Virus record (IMG/VR): IMGVR_UViG_3300046542_000086
Span: 1 to 64,000 of that record
From: a virus
Direction: 5' to 3' (one strand)
Length of the DNA stretch: 64,000 nt
Shown here: positions 46,901 through 56,212 of the stretch, piece after piece
Layout of the letters: every line of letters begins with the position of its first letter
Numbering within the stretch: the stretch's first letter is position 1
Made by a program: the position numbers and the translations under genes
Notes under the pieces: generated by a model
What the model saw: only the letters and a program-made list of their open reading frames with translations
What the model was told of the DNA's origin: nothing
The model's database searches: none

Positions 46901-49900
46901 TTCCGGTACTGTTGGCGAGTGTGATGCAAGCTGGTGGTTATAAGAACTCTGACGGTTCTGAGATCCGTAAGATCACCGACATCAAAGGTACCGTGTACGA
47001 TCTGGAAGGGAACGTAGTAGTCTCTCTCGAATCGTTGCGGGCTGGTCTGGTCGACGTTGCGGGCAAGAAGTTCAAGTCATTGGGTCAGGCTGTACTGGGG
47101 GGTGCTGGGAAGCTGATCGGGGGAGCTGTTGGCCTCGGGATCAAAGCGTTCAAAGGCGTCTCCAACCACATGAGTAAAATGCTCGGTGGATTGAAGTCTG
47201 GTGCTGGCAATCTGTTTAACAAAGGTCGAGGAATGCTGAAGGGACTTAAGGTCCCTGGTCTGGGTGGCGATACAGAAATGATGGAAGTGATTGGTGAATA
47301 CCAAATCCTTCTGCTCGAAGAGATTCGAGACGCTATCCGTGCACAATCGGCTAAAAAGGTTAAAGGCGACTTTGACGGTGACGGACTACGCAATGGTTCT
47401 GGGGAAGCCCTCAGTGCTAGCCGTAAGAAAACTCGTGACGAACGTGAGGCTAAACAGAAGGCTGCTGACGAAGAACGCAAGAAAGGTAAAGGCGAGAAGA
47501 AAGGCGGCTTGATGGGGTTGTTGACCATGATCGGTGGCGCTGTGATGGGGATGGCTAAAGGCTTCATGGACCTACCTAAAACCCTGATCACTGCGATGCG
47601 TGCAATGTCTGCGGCGAAAGCTTTGGGTAGTGCGGCTGACCTAGCTGGTGGTGCTGGTCGTGGTGGTAAGTTGGCTCGTGGGGCGAAAGCTCTAGGTCGT
47701 GGTCTGTTGGGTGCTGGCTCGATGTTGGGGACAGCAGCAATGGGTGTCGGTCGTCTGGCCTTCGGTGGCGTGAGTGGTTTGGCTCGTGGTGCTTGGGCGG
47801 TGGGTTCAGCAGCAGTCGGTGTGCTGGGTGCTCCAGTCGTCTTGGGTATCGCTGCGGCTGCGGCTGTTGGGTATCTGGGTTACAAAGCTTGGAAGTCTTA
47901 CAAGAAGACTGGCAACAGTGACCTGTTGAAGTACCGAGTAGCACAGTACGGTCTCGACTACGAGGATGACGAGCAGACTAAGAAAGTCTTCGAGTTGGAA
48001 AGCTTGATTGGTCCGAACGTTAAGTTCAATGGGCGTGGTCCAGAGATCAACTGGCAGAACGTTGACGTTAAACGTGTCCGTGAGATCTTTGGTCTGAAGG
48101 ACGATGATCCTGAGGGTCTCAAACGTTTCGGTACTTGGTTCGAGACTCGCTTTGGTCCAGTGTTCGTCAGTCACCTTAAAATGCTTCAGAAGTATTCGAC
48201 GTCTACCAAGATCGAAGAAGCTGATGAAGTGGTGAAGATCGAAGACAAACTGAAGTTCCTCGAAGGTGTCCAAGTTGATGACGCTGACACCACTTACGGT
48301 GAGTTGACCAGTCCGTTTGGTGACGAAGCTTTGTCTATGGGTCCGTCTCAGGTGAAAGCGGTCTACGATACAGTAGTAGCGCACATCAAAGAGCAGCTAC
48401 CTAAAGGCAAGGACAAAACCGGTAAAGAACCAGCGGTTGGCATTGCTGGGGCTGCTGCGGCAGCGACTTTGGCTGGTGGTCCTCTGGCTGGCCTCGCTAC
48501 GGCGAACGCTAAGGCAGAAGTTGAGCAGACCCTAGCCTCTAAGGTTGGTGGTTGGTTGTCCAACGCGGTCTCGTCTATCCCCGGTGCGGGTATGGTGGGC
48601 TCAGCTTTCAACTGGCTCAAGGACAAGGTGCTCGGGAAAGACTTCAAAGTCCCTGACATCATGAACCGTGAGATTGATCCACTGACCTCTATTCGCTACC
48701 GCTTGTACGGTTTAGCGGAGATGAACTACTCTCGTGTGTCGCCGATCTCTCGCTTGGAAGAGCGGGTGTTGAAGGACATCTCGTACAGTGGTTCGAAACA
48801 GGCAGAGTTTAACGGGGATGCTGAAGACATCTGGAATGAGGTAGCTGGTGGCTTTACGTCCAGTCCTAATTCTGAAGCAGTCAAGACCCGTTGGATGAAG
48901 TGGTTCGGTGAGCGTTTCCTCCCAGTGATGATTGCGTTCTTAACCGGTGTGCAGAAGTTTGTCTCGAACGGTAACCCGTTTGAAGCACACGATCGCCTCA
49001 AAGCGTCTCAGAGTCTTGAGATTGCTCGGTTCATGAACAGCTCCCAGTCCAACTACGACAAACAGTCGAATGAGAATTCTTCGGTTTGGGGTGTGACTGC
49101 TTCGCCGTTTGATGACTACGAGGTCAACACTGACGCTACGGTACTCAAACCGTTCATGGCTGCTCTGGAAGAGTCTGCTAACAAAGAGACCCTCAACGAG
49201 AAAGTCAAAACGGAACGAGCGGGGAAAGTACAAGCCCTGTTGAATAAAGTCACCGGTAGTTCGGGTAAGGCTAATCCAAGTCCGCTGTGGGAAGACGAAG
49301 GCGTAGCTGATCGCAGCAGTGTGCCTAAGCCGTTGCTGAAAGCCATGTACGGCGTAATGCCAATGGCTGGTGGTGAGGCGGGTTACACGAAAGGCGGTCT
49401 CGGGACGTTGGATGTGGGTGCAGGGGCTGGCGGTAACATTGCTGGTCTACCTGAAGTCACAGGTCCTGACGGAGAATACTCCACCTACAAAGACATGATC
49501 ATCGCTGTGTCGAAGATGGTGGGTGTTGACCCTGGTCTGATGGCTACCATGGCATCGATCGAGTCAGGCTTCCGTGGTCGAGTGAAAGCTGCTACGTCCT
49601 CTGCGACTGGTTTGTATCAGTTCATCAGTGGTACGTGGAAGACCATGTTGGCGAAGTACGGTTCCAAGTATGGGTTGTCTCCGGATACCCCGTCCTCTGA
49701 TCCTCGTGCTAACGCCTTGATGGGTGCGGAGTACATCCGTGAGAACTCGGCAATCCTCAAAGCCAAAACTGGACGGACTCCAACTGACACCGATATTTAC
49801 TTGGCGCACTTCTTGGGCCCAGGTGGTGCGGCTAAGTTGCTCAGTGCTGACCCTAGTGCAAACGCGGCAACGCTGATGCCTTCGGCTGCTGGTGCGAACA

Positions 49901-50658
49901 AGTCGATCTTCTTCGCAGATGGTCGTCCTCGTACGGTAGCACAAGTCTACGCTGAGATTGACCGTCGGGTTCGTGTACACCGGGCTAAGTATGCTGGTGA
50001 CGCACGTGCGGCTGGTGGGTTCTCTGCTAACGTAGACGTTCCTACTTCGGCTCCGTCAATTCCGGGTGTAACAGCTCCGACTGCTGCTCCATCAGCTAGT
50101 GGGACTCCTGCTCCTAAAGCTCCTGCAAGTGGCGGTCCAATTGGGATCATGGCTCCAGCGGCTCCGACTGCTGCTCCTGAAGTCCCAGCGACTAAACAGT
50201 CTCCATTGGTTCAATCGGTTGCTGCTGCGGCACCAGCTGCAATGCCAACGGGTCCTGTCGCCCCAGTAACTAACAGCGTTCCTCCAAGCACTGGTGTAAC
50301 TAGTGAGCCTGCACTGGGTGGTAACGTAGCTGAAGCCGCTGTGATCCGTAAGGCACAGGCTGAGAGACAAGCACAAGCTGCCTCGTTGCAAGACCAGGAA
50401 TCAAGTGCTGCGTTGAATCAGAACTTCAGTGGTGTGGCTGAGGTCATGCGCAAACAACTGGAGATTCAGCTGAAGATGGCTCAGTCGTTGGATAACATCG
50501 ACCAAGGTATTCAGACGCTGGTCAAGAGTGGTTCTGTAGCAGCCGCAGGTCAACCTGCTCGTAATGAACCTGTTGCGAGTAGATCCAACACCGCAGTTAA
50601 ACCGACAGACGTGCCTGCACGTTTGACGCCCATTAGCATGAAGCGGTTGAAGGCGTAA
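43936..50658 (+). CDS. Giant tail-associated protein with a C-terminal lytic transglycosylase (phiKZ gp181-like)
   Basis: 2240 aa; IESGF...ATGLYQFISGTW...YLAHFLG SLT motifs; Gly/Ala-rich tape-measure-like body. Confidence 0.92.
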   Translation: MAKDKNEFGDDDDLKWDDLDFGDDFPDFDAPPPADDRKPVVKVATSFLKGAAEELTDPTRVRKMALDALPEGYGKAANLADTIASTGRELYHTTAEELKPVIKDAKRVARRVLPLTKSLLPEKLQKKLEDMTSDNEYKGPSVEQTRDSQINSEVADIFKLQMENDARDKAEDEVADQTKRKQDTARFKTELQTLNAILGGVNRQVAYQDQIASKYQRKHLELQFLQYFTLRDTYELHKASAKETKSQLDNVIKNTGLPEFAKSNVTEHAGHLFRERLLNAASSKVNQFAKGYIDKYKDNIIKKGKEQIGAFKDGAMQGLTGVDMLLDSREQMADMGEGGDAYTGGGKMLGGMAGGWLGSKVSKLAKPLLERNPGIAKWGNKLEYGVDNFASLSSDWAKSDKGENTGMDWWNKALRGFKDLSPTEVVDSSLGDSDLTRSQDAVPFNHLARKTLTDIIPGYLSRIHHELAIIRTGDPSLKRLGYDLKDGGFASMDKVTKSMGSVLFDQTKNFDKVKGTTNNLIDGLEKQHGQKFSDTQRKALYDKFIGEAASGQGRFDVKKFADVDQWKDLSDEDALKLSYMFSDDVGEEQQNKYSKEFLKIREGVNNPTDAIKGLIDSGQLESMRALGLVTGEGDGRKVSQERIVDILRNGGFGEPTDEGTPPPNGSPPSPDSRPGGGGPLGGLRNANDAPKGAGQKDGGIDTPKNPNEFMEVIGEYQMLLLEDIRKGIANPAALSQYAEAARNAPGATEETCECVDKMVEAYKAGNDELVQHLANVYELLASGQLQTMSMSMPFDPERFNTVGGHLGRGLSKLKGAGKWGLGKVTGFYGSMLSMQKNLLKGGVKGAWSAAKGAGNLLLGRAKDQLNEWGDVYIKGQGRPILTWAQLKAGEYLNEDGTPITSWKDVKGPVKNKAGQYVLTAEQFAKGLVDEHARPMFTKIKDFGMKWAGRLSSFVTSPFRGMKDAIKGTFNTVKDFVERPRDMYLPGNPIPVLLASVMQAGGYKNSDGSEIRKITDIKGTVYDLEGNVVVSLESLRAGLVDVAGKKFKSLGQAVLGGAGKLIGGAVGLGIKAFKGVSNHMSKMLGGLKSGAGNLFNKGRGMLKGLKVPGLGGDTEMMEVIGEYQILLLEEIRDAIRAQSAKKVKGDFDGDGLRNGSGEALSASRKKTRDEREAKQKAADEERKKGKGEKKGGLMGLLTMIGGAVMGMAKGFMDLPKTLITAMRAMSAAKALGSAADLAGGAGRGGKLARGAKALGRGLLGAGSMLGTAAMGVGRLAFGGVSGLARGAWAVGSAAVGVLGAPVVLGIAAAAAVGYLGYKAWKSYKKTGNSDLLKYRVAQYGLDYEDDEQTKKVFELESLIGPNVKFNGRGPEINWQNVDVKRVREIFGLKDDDPEGLKRFGTWFETRFGPVFVSHLKMLQKYSTSTKIEEADEVVKIEDKLKFLEGVQVDDADTTYGELTSPFGDEALSMGPSQVKAVYDTVVAHIKEQLPKGKDKTGKEPAVGIAGAAAAATLAGGPLAGLATANAKAEVEQTLASKVGGWLSNAVSSIPGAGMVGSAFNWLKDKVLGKDFKVPDIMNREIDPLTSIRYRLYGLAEMNYSRVSPISRLEERVLKDISYSGSKQAEFNGDAEDIWNEVAGGFTSSPNSEAVKTRWMKWFGERFLPVMIAFLTGVQKFVSNGNPFEAHDRLKASQSLEIARFMNSSQSNYDKQSNENSSVWGVTASPFDDYEVNTDATVLKPFMAALEESANKETLNEKVKTERAGKVQALLNKVTGSSGKANPSPLWEDEGVADRSSVPKPLLKAMYGVMPMAGGEAGYTKGGLGTLDVGAGAGGNIAGLPEVTGPDGEYSTYKDMIIAVSKMVGVDPGLMATMASIESGFRGRVKAATSSATGLYQFISGTWKTMLAKYGSKYGLSPDTPSSDPRANALMGAEYIRENSAILKAKTGRTPTDTDIYLAHFLGPGGAAKLLSADPSANAATLMPSAAGANKSIFFADGRPRTVAQVYAEIDRRVRVHRAKYAGDARAAGGFSANVDVPTSAPSIPGVTAPTAAPSASGTPAPKAPASGGPIGIMAPAAPTAAPEVPATKQSPLVQSVAAAAPAAMPTGPVAPVTNSVPPSTGVTSEPALGGNVAEAAVIRKAQAERQAQAASLQDQESSAALNQNFSGVAEVMRKQLEIQLKMAQSLDNIDQGIQTLVKSGSVAAAGQPARNEPVASRSNTAVKPTDVPARLTPISMKRLKA

Positions 50659-50660
50659 CT

Positions 50661-50682
50661 AGAGTGGGGGCAACCCCACTCT
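50661..50682 (+). terminator. GNRA hairpin between the gp181-like and gp182-like genes
   Basis: AGAGTGGGG-GCAA-CCCCACTCT with a weak tail. Confidence 0.5.
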
Positions 50683-50707
50683 CCCTTTACTTAAACGAGA
50701 TCAGGTC

Positions 50708-52663
50708 ATGGCTGAATTAAAGGACACAGACTGGATCAGACAATCGTTTATGTTGCCACGCAAGTCTATTGCGAATGCTGACTCCATTCGTCGTACCCTA
50801 ACAGATGCTCGGTTCAAGTTCACCGACACCACGCTAGGCGGCAACTTCGCGATTAACCCTCCTCCTCAGTTTACTCGTTATGCTGACTTGGTGGTACCTA
50901 GCTTGTACAGTAAGTCCACGGGGATGGGTCGTTACTACAGTGAGGCCATCGATGACAACGCACAACTGATCCACATGCGTTTCGGTGTACCAGAGTTCAA
51001 CTCCCTCACGAACTTCTTCTTCAACTTCTATAACCCTCAAGCGGCTTCCCTAGCGCGGACCGGTAGGGCTAACGAGATCTCGTTTGCTCTGGGTAAGTTG
51101 TTGGGGACGATCATTACCTTGCCTGCTCAGTTGTTTATCACAGCAGGTTCGGCACTGAACTTCTTCTTGGGTCGTCCTACCTCGAAGTACTACTACCTCA
51201 AACCAGCGATGCCTTTGTATTGGAACGCTGTGAACACCATTGCCAACGGCATTGCCGTGAACATGGGTATCACCCCTCGTACCTTTCAGGACGATGAAAA
51301 GAAATCCATTCCGGGTTCACTGGAGAACACTGCCGAACAAGCCAAGCTCTATCACAAACTCAATCCGGGGTTGTGGCATGAGTCTGGTCAGATCGACGTG
51401 TACTCACTGGCAACCAAAGCGCAACGCTTGGCCAACAGTCAACGTGACAAGATGGCGGAGATCCTCGAGTCCCGTGAGAGTCCTACGGCGATTCGCAATG
51501 CGATCCTAAGCTTCCGGGAAAACCCTCAGCTTAACGACAACCGCATCTATAAGGACTTCGAGTCTTACCTGTCTGCCTACCAAGGTCTCAACGAACGCAA
51601 GTCTGATACTGATGACGGTGCTGCGGAGATGACTGGAGACAAACGGGAGTACAAGAAGAACTTCCTTGAGTTTGTGGAAGCCGAGCACAACGACGGTGCA
51701 CAGTGGGTTACGTTTAACGTAGAACACACAGGGTCTGCCTCTGAGAGTTTCAACAGCTCGGTGGGTGAGTCTGACATCTCGTCCAAGTTGAATGGGTTGT
51801 CGGCTGCTGGTCGTTCGGCACGTTTCTCTACAGCTGATGGTCAGTCCGGTATCAACTTCATTGACGATGCGATGAAGATGGTGGGGAGCTTTGTAGACGG
51901 TGCGTTGGATTCTATTAAGCTCTCGGGCTTGATGGCGTTCTCTGGTATGGCCATTGCTGACATTCCCAAGATGTGGCAATCGTCTTCGGCTAACCTACCA
52001 CGCATGGATTACACGATCAAACTACGCACGCCGTACGGGAACAAGTTCTCCCGGTTCACGGATATGTACGTTCAGTTGTCGATGTTGTTGGCAGCCGCTC
52101 TACCGATCTCCACTGGTAAGCAATCGTACACCAGTCCGTTTCTGTGTGAGGTCTATTCCAAAGGGCGGGCACAAACCCGTCTGGGTATGATCGAGTCTAT
52201 GACGATCACTCGGGGTACTGGTAACCTTGGGTGGACACAGGACAGTGAAGCACTGGGTATTGACGTGACGTTCTCGATTGTGGACATGTCTACGATCATG
52301 CACATGCCAATCAACGCAGGCTTCCAGTTGAACGACGCTATCGTTGGCGGTCTCGGTGTAGCAACCGCAATCGCTGGTGGTGGTAGCGGTAAAGCTATTG
52401 CTGCGGGTGTGTCACTGGTGGCGGGAACAGACTTTGCCAAAGGGGTGTTTGCTGAAGACACCATGTTCTCGGACTACTTAGCAGTCTTAAGTAGTATGTC
52501 ACTCGTCGAACAAACGTACACGTATCAGAAACTGCGCTTGAACCTTGCGAAACAAATGGGTTCGATGGATACGTGGTTCTCGCAGTCGCACTTCGCCAAC
52601 TGGTTCATGAACACCAAACCAGCACGCCTGATCTCTGGGTTTGCTACGGGTACAGGTATCTGA
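50708..52663 (+). CDS. Tail/baseplate structural protein (phiKZ gp182-like)
   Basis: FTDTTLGGN, GMGRYYSE and YTSPF motifs; synteny. Confidence 0.8.
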   Translation: MAELKDTDWIRQSFMLPRKSIANADSIRRTLTDARFKFTDTTLGGNFAINPPPQFTRYADLVVPSLYSKSTGMGRYYSEAIDDNAQLIHMRFGVPEFNSLTNFFFNFYNPQAASLARTGRANEISFALGKLLGTIITLPAQLFITAGSALNFFLGRPTSKYYYLKPAMPLYWNAVNTIANGIAVNMGITPRTFQDDEKKSIPGSLENTAEQAKLYHKLNPGLWHESGQIDVYSLATKAQRLANSQRDKMAEILESRESPTAIRNAILSFRENPQLNDNRIYKDFESYLSAYQGLNERKSDTDDGAAEMTGDKREYKKNFLEFVEAEHNDGAQWVTFNVEHTGSASESFNSSVGESDISSKLNGLSAAGRSARFSTADGQSGINFIDDAMKMVGSFVDGALDSIKLSGLMAFSGMAIADIPKMWQSSSANLPRMDYTIKLRTPYGNKFSRFTDMYVQLSMLLAAALPISTGKQSYTSPFLCEVYSKGRAQTRLGMIESMTITRGTGNLGWTQDSEALGIDVTFSIVDMSTIMHMPINAGFQLNDAIVGGLGVATAIAGGGSGKAIAAGVSLVAGTDFAKGVFAEDTMFSDYLAVLSSMSLVEQTYTYQKLRLNLAKQMGSMDTWFSQSHFANWFMNTKPARLISGFATGTGI

Positions 52664-52701
52664 CGGCATAGAGGCTCCCTTCGGGGAGCCTCGTTATGCG
52701 C
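52663..52701. terminator. Bidirectional UUCG hairpin with TATGC tails
   Basis: CGGCATA-GAGGCTCCC-TTCG-GGGAGCCTC-GTTATGCG. Confidence 0.8.
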
Positions 52702-53706
52702 TTACAAATTGACACCGGGGTAGTACTGACGAATCAACGAAGTCAAAGCAGCCGCCTTGTGCGTTGGTGCAATCATCACTGGCAACTTGTATTCTTCCAT
52801 TTGACCCAGTAACGTCAAAGCACTGGCGGAAGCGTACGTGAACATTTCCAAGTTGTCGATGCTCACACCGTTACGAGTGTACTTCGCCCAATTGGGGTCA
52901 ATGTGATTCAAGACCGCTAGCAGCTCCGTGGTGCGTTCTGGATACTGAGCCGGTGTGGTTTTATCAGCGAACTTGTAAAACATCAGGATGCGCTTACAGG
53001 CGTCCGGAGCAGTGTTCAACACACCACCTGCGGTTAACGTCTCACCCATAATCTTCAACGCTTCGATATTACTCGACAGGATGGCTACTGTGTAGGACTT
53101 ACCGTAAGAATACAACGTTACGGAATTATCGCTAACCGAAGCCACAGCTTCCTGAATCAAGTCAGTAGCACCCGACTTAATTGCGTAGTCGATGATCGTG
53201 CTAGCCATCGATGCTTCAGCTGCCAAATCGAACACACTGAAGATGTCAGACTTACCAGTTAACTGCCGCGCTAGACCAGCCAGTCCGTTGATGTCATCCA
53301 AGTTACCTGACATGTACGCCTTCACGCCAGTCTTGGTTGCCCCCATGATTGACGCCACGGTACCCTTAGACACCCCGAACTTATCGAAGGTATCGAACAG
53401 AGTGTTCTGCATGTTCCCCGTCAAGCCTTTCATCAGACCTGTGGAGCCCATGCTCTTACCGATCCGAGTCAGTACGTCCAGCTTAGACAGTCGTCCATTC
53501 TGAGCCGCCGTAACGTCCCGCATGATGTTTTTGAGCATCGCTGGGTTTTTACGGATGGTCTGTGCAGCGTCAGCACTGAAGTTCTTCAGTACGTCCGGTA
53601 ACGAGTTAAGCGTCTGGTTAGCTTTCTGTTTATACGTATCGACCGTTAGGAGTGCGTCCACCGGCCCAGACTTAAACAGAGAGGTTGCAATCTTACCTGT
53701 AGTCAC
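52702..53706 (-). CDS. Probable virion structural protein
   Basis: 334 aa, convergent on the gp182-like gene. Confidence 0.7.
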   Translation of the reverse strand: MTTGKIATSLFKSGPVDALLTVDTYKQKANQTLNSLPDVLKNFSADAAQTIRKNPAMLKNIMRDVTAAQNGRLSKLDVLTRIGKSMGSTGLMKGLTGNMQNTLFDTFDKFGVSKGTVASIMGATKTGVKAYMSGNLDDINGLAGLARQLTGKSDIFSVFDLAAEASMASTIIDYAIKSGATDLIQEAVASVSDNSVTLYSYGKSYTVAILSSNIEALKIMGETLTAGGVLNTAPDACKRILMFYKFADKTTPAQYPERTTELLAVLNHIDPNWAKYTRNGVSIDNLEMFTYASASALTLLGQMEEYKLPVMIAPTHKAAALTSLIRQYYPGVNL

Positions 53707-53722
53707 GGTTCTCTCCCAAACG

Positions 53723-53756
53723 AGACAAAAAAAAGAAGGGGCGTGAACCCCTTCTT
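53723..53756 (-). terminator. Intrinsic terminator with U tract
   Basis: AAGAAGGGG...CCCCTTCTT followed by a T run. Confidence 0.8.
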
Positions 53757-53769
53757 AATTCTTTAGAGC

Positions 53770-54078
53770 TTAGAAATGCTGGGTGCCGACTGGGCGCTCC
53801 AGTTTACACAGCTTCAGGAAACCAGCGGCTTCCAGTTTCTGCATGAACACAGCAGGAGGGTACAGTAGCTTACCGATCTGGATGAAGTCGCCATCTTGCA
53901 CGTCTTCAGCCTGATGGAACTCAAAGCCGTCCATGGAAGGCGGTACCAAACGAACCATGTGGTCGTGATACGCCTTGCCAGTGACTTTGCGCCAGTAGGT
54001 CATGTCGGTCGGATTCAGCTTCGGAAGCGGAGTCTCTTCACCAACAATACGGCACTTCAGAACAGTTTCCAAACTCAT
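53770..54078 (-). CDS. Hypothetical protein
   Basis: 102-aa ORF coupled to the upstream gene. Confidence 0.75.
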   Translation of the reverse strand: MSLETVLKCRIVGEETPLPKLNPTDMTYWRKVTGKAYHDHMVRLVPPSMDGFEFHQAEDVQDGDFIQIGKLLYPPAVFMQKLEAAGFLKLCKLERPVGTQHF

Positions 54079-54080
54079 CT

Positions 54081-54599
54081 TTATTTCTTCCCAATCAATC
54101 CAGTATGTCCGGCTTTCAAGAAGACACGAATGTCTTCCAAGTCGGTCACCAACGTTCCTGTTTCCTTGGCGTTGACCACTTTACATTTATCCAAGGAGTC
54201 AGGGTCTCCATAGTAATAGTAATGGGTAAACGGTAGCTCGCTCTCGATGAAGAGCTCGAACAGTTCTTGGTTCTGTGTAATCTTGGCTACTAAGCCAATA
54301 CGGAACATCCAGTCGAACTGGTAGTCTAGTACGATGTTGTTAGGAATCTTGCAGTAGGCCACGCCCAACTCTTTTGCTTTATAGCCCCACAGCTTACGGA
54401 ACTCCTGTACCTTGCGTCCTGTCTTCAGGAAGTAATGGAGTCCCTCGGTGGATTCAAACTGCCCTAGCAACGGGTGCCAGAACGGTTCATGGGCGAAGTT
54501 AGTTAGCTTCAGTCCCAATGGTGACTTCGCTTTTGTGTAGACGTTGATGTGGTCTACATTGTCCGTCGACGGATGCCAAGATTTAAGTACTTCTGTCAC
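54081..54599 (-). CDS. T4 gp30.3 / NADAR-like protein
   Basis: INVYTK...LTNFAHEPF.....FESTEG..Y..K and AKITQN..L pattern. Confidence 0.55.
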   Translation of the reverse strand: MTEVLKSWHPSTDNVDHINVYTKAKSPLGLKLTNFAHEPFWHPLLGQFESTEGLHYFLKTGRKVQEFRKLWGYKAKELGVAYCKIPNNIVLDYQFDWMFRIGLVAKITQNQELFELFIESELPFTHYYYYGDPDSLDKCKVVNAKETGTLVTDLEDIRVFLKAGHTGLIGKK

Positions 54600-54613
54600 G
54601 ATAACTACTCTTC

Positions 54614-54645
54614 GGGCATAAAGCCGCCTCGCTAAAGGCGGCTGT
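54614..54645 (-). terminator. Hairpin with TTTATGCCC tail
   Basis: AGCCGCCT...AGGCGGCT-TTATGCCC. Confidence 0.65.
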
Positions 54646-54650
54646 TGGGA

Positions 54651-55124
54651 TCAAACACCACTATTGGGGTCAATGTCTCTGATCGCCTTCACGAGGTTCT
54701 CAACACTGACGCCTGTGTGTTTAACGGGAATGGTGGATTCATCAGACTCTTGCGCAGTCTCAGTTCCCACATGAATGATCGCAGAATACTCGGTCTTAAG
54801 ACCCGTACGCCATTCGAACTCCAGAGTCAATCTCACACGCATGGGATTGAGGAATCGAATAGCCTTCTCAAAGACACCCCAAGTCATCGAGGGCTTCAAG
54901 AGTTCCTTAGACAGGTTGCCCCTTGCGGAGGACATGTCGCGGGAGTTTTGCGGGATACGGTTACGTGGATCTTTCAGGTACCGTAGCATGTTACGGTTCC
55001 ACGTACTCATATTGAAGTTCTGGTCACTCAAGATCTGTCGAAACAACTTGCTCAACGTACCGTTGGCTTCTTCAGACCTTTTGGTTTTGGAGCTGAGTAC
55101 CTGATTGAGTTCCTTGTTTTGCAT
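54651..55124 (-). CDS. Conserved phiKZ-like protein
   Basis: LSKLFRQIL...RGNLSKEL...MTWGVF motifs. Confidence 0.8.
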   Translation of the reverse strand: MQNKELNQVLSSKTKRSEEANGTLSKLFRQILSDQNFNMSTWNRNMLRYLKDPRNRIPQNSRDMSSARGNLSKELLKPSMTWGVFEKAIRFLNPMRVRLTLEFEWRTGLKTEYSAIIHVGTETAQESDESTIPVKHTGVSVENLVKAIRDIDPNSGV

Positions 55125-55650
55125 ACGATTGGACCTCCAGGAAAGCTTTAACTACCGCTTCCACATCACCCATCAGGTGTGTGAATTGTCGGGTGTAGTA
55201 CTCAACACCACTTTTGGAATCTGCACTTTCATGCAACAACGCTTTCTGGATATATTCCAGTTGTAGAATGAGGGCATTATAAACCTCCACAGGTTCTAGT
55301 TGATGACCCTTATCAGTAGACAAGTAGTCGTCCAGTTTTACAACACGCACGTTACCGGGTAGGTTACGGCTTTTCTGGATACGTTCAGACACAAGGTCTT
55401 TGTCATGTACGATGCGTGAACACTCGTTCAGCAGCAGTAACAAGGAATGTACCGTAGGGTTGATTACGCGAACATTGATGGAAAGTCCCAGCAATGGTGT
55501 GTATTGCTTAAGTTGCGCGACATCAACCAACCGTGCCAAATCCATGCAGTAAAGTACGTCCATCAGGACAGTGCCTTCTACTGTGTGTTTACGGATCACC
55601 GATTCGATTTGGTTCTGCAACGTGGGCTTCTTTACTACTCCACTAAGCAG
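55072..55650 (-). CDS. Hypothetical protein; start uncertain, downstream of the promoter at about 55680
   Basis: C-terminal part of the 282-aa track ORF; the upstream part overlaps a plus-strand gene. Confidence 0.6.
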   Translation of the reverse strand: MLSGVVKKPTLQNQIESVIRKHTVEGTVLMDVLYCMDLARLVDVAQLKQYTPLLGLSINVRVINPTVHSLLLLLNECSRIVHDKDLVSERIQKSRNLPGNVRVVKLDDYLSTDKGHQLEPVEVYNALILQLEYIQKALLHESADSKSGVEYYTRQFTHLMGDVEAVVKAFLEVQSYAKQGTQSGTQLQNQKV

Positions 55651-55669
55651 TTTTCTCAAACTAGCTTCA

Positions 55670-55698
55670 ATGGAATAATATACACTTGTAATTTTTTT
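55670..55698 (-). promoter_or_regulatory. Promoter-like AT-rich element (AAAATTAC...TATATTAT)
   Basis: Divergent junction; variant of the early motif. Confidence 0.45.
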
Positions 55699-55714
55699 GA
55701 GCGAGGAGCTGAAC

Positions 55715-56137
55715 ATGTCTGAGGACCTTTTAACGGACGACAACATTCTACGGTTTACCCAGAAGCAACGGAAGTCACTCGAAGCTGAGCTGATGAAAAA
55801 CGGCTGGCCTAAGGATACGGATACCCAAGAACAGTTGATGACTCTGTGGAATGACATGGATCGCCAAGCTCTGGGTAACAAGCGAATCGGTGCGGCAGAG
55901 AAGCTGGCTGACTCCGACAAATACGTAGCAAGTGTGATCGCTGACGTAGTGAAGAAGTTCGGCTCGAAAATTCCTTACGAGAACGGAAGCCGTGGGGACA
56001 CTGGTCTGTTGATCGAACAGTACACGGAAGGCGAGAAGCACAAGTTGCCTAAAGCTGAGCCAGTGCCGGGGGAAATGGGCATCGGTACAGCCAACATGAA
56101 CTTCACGGACTTCGTTAAGGCGTTCGAGGAGGAATAA
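55715..56137 (+). CDS. Conserved hypothetical protein
   Basis: GAGGAG RBS before MSEDLL. Confidence 0.8.
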   Translation: MSEDLLTDDNILRFTQKQRKSLEAELMKNGWPKDTDTQEQLMTLWNDMDRQALGNKRIGAAEKLADSDKYVASVIADVVKKFGSKIPYENGSRGDTGLLIEQYTEGEKHKLPKAEPVPGEMGIGTANMNFTDFVKAFEEE

Positions 56138-56174
56138 GCAACATAATATCGCACTACCCCGTAATTTTAAATAC

Positions 56175-56212
56175 GGTCATAAAGGGAGGCCTGGGGCCTC
56201 CTTCTATGCCGT
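56175..56212. terminator. Bidirectional hairpin with TATG tails
   Basis: GTCATAAAG-GGAGGCC-TGG-GGCCTCC-TTCTATGCCG. Confidence 0.75.
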
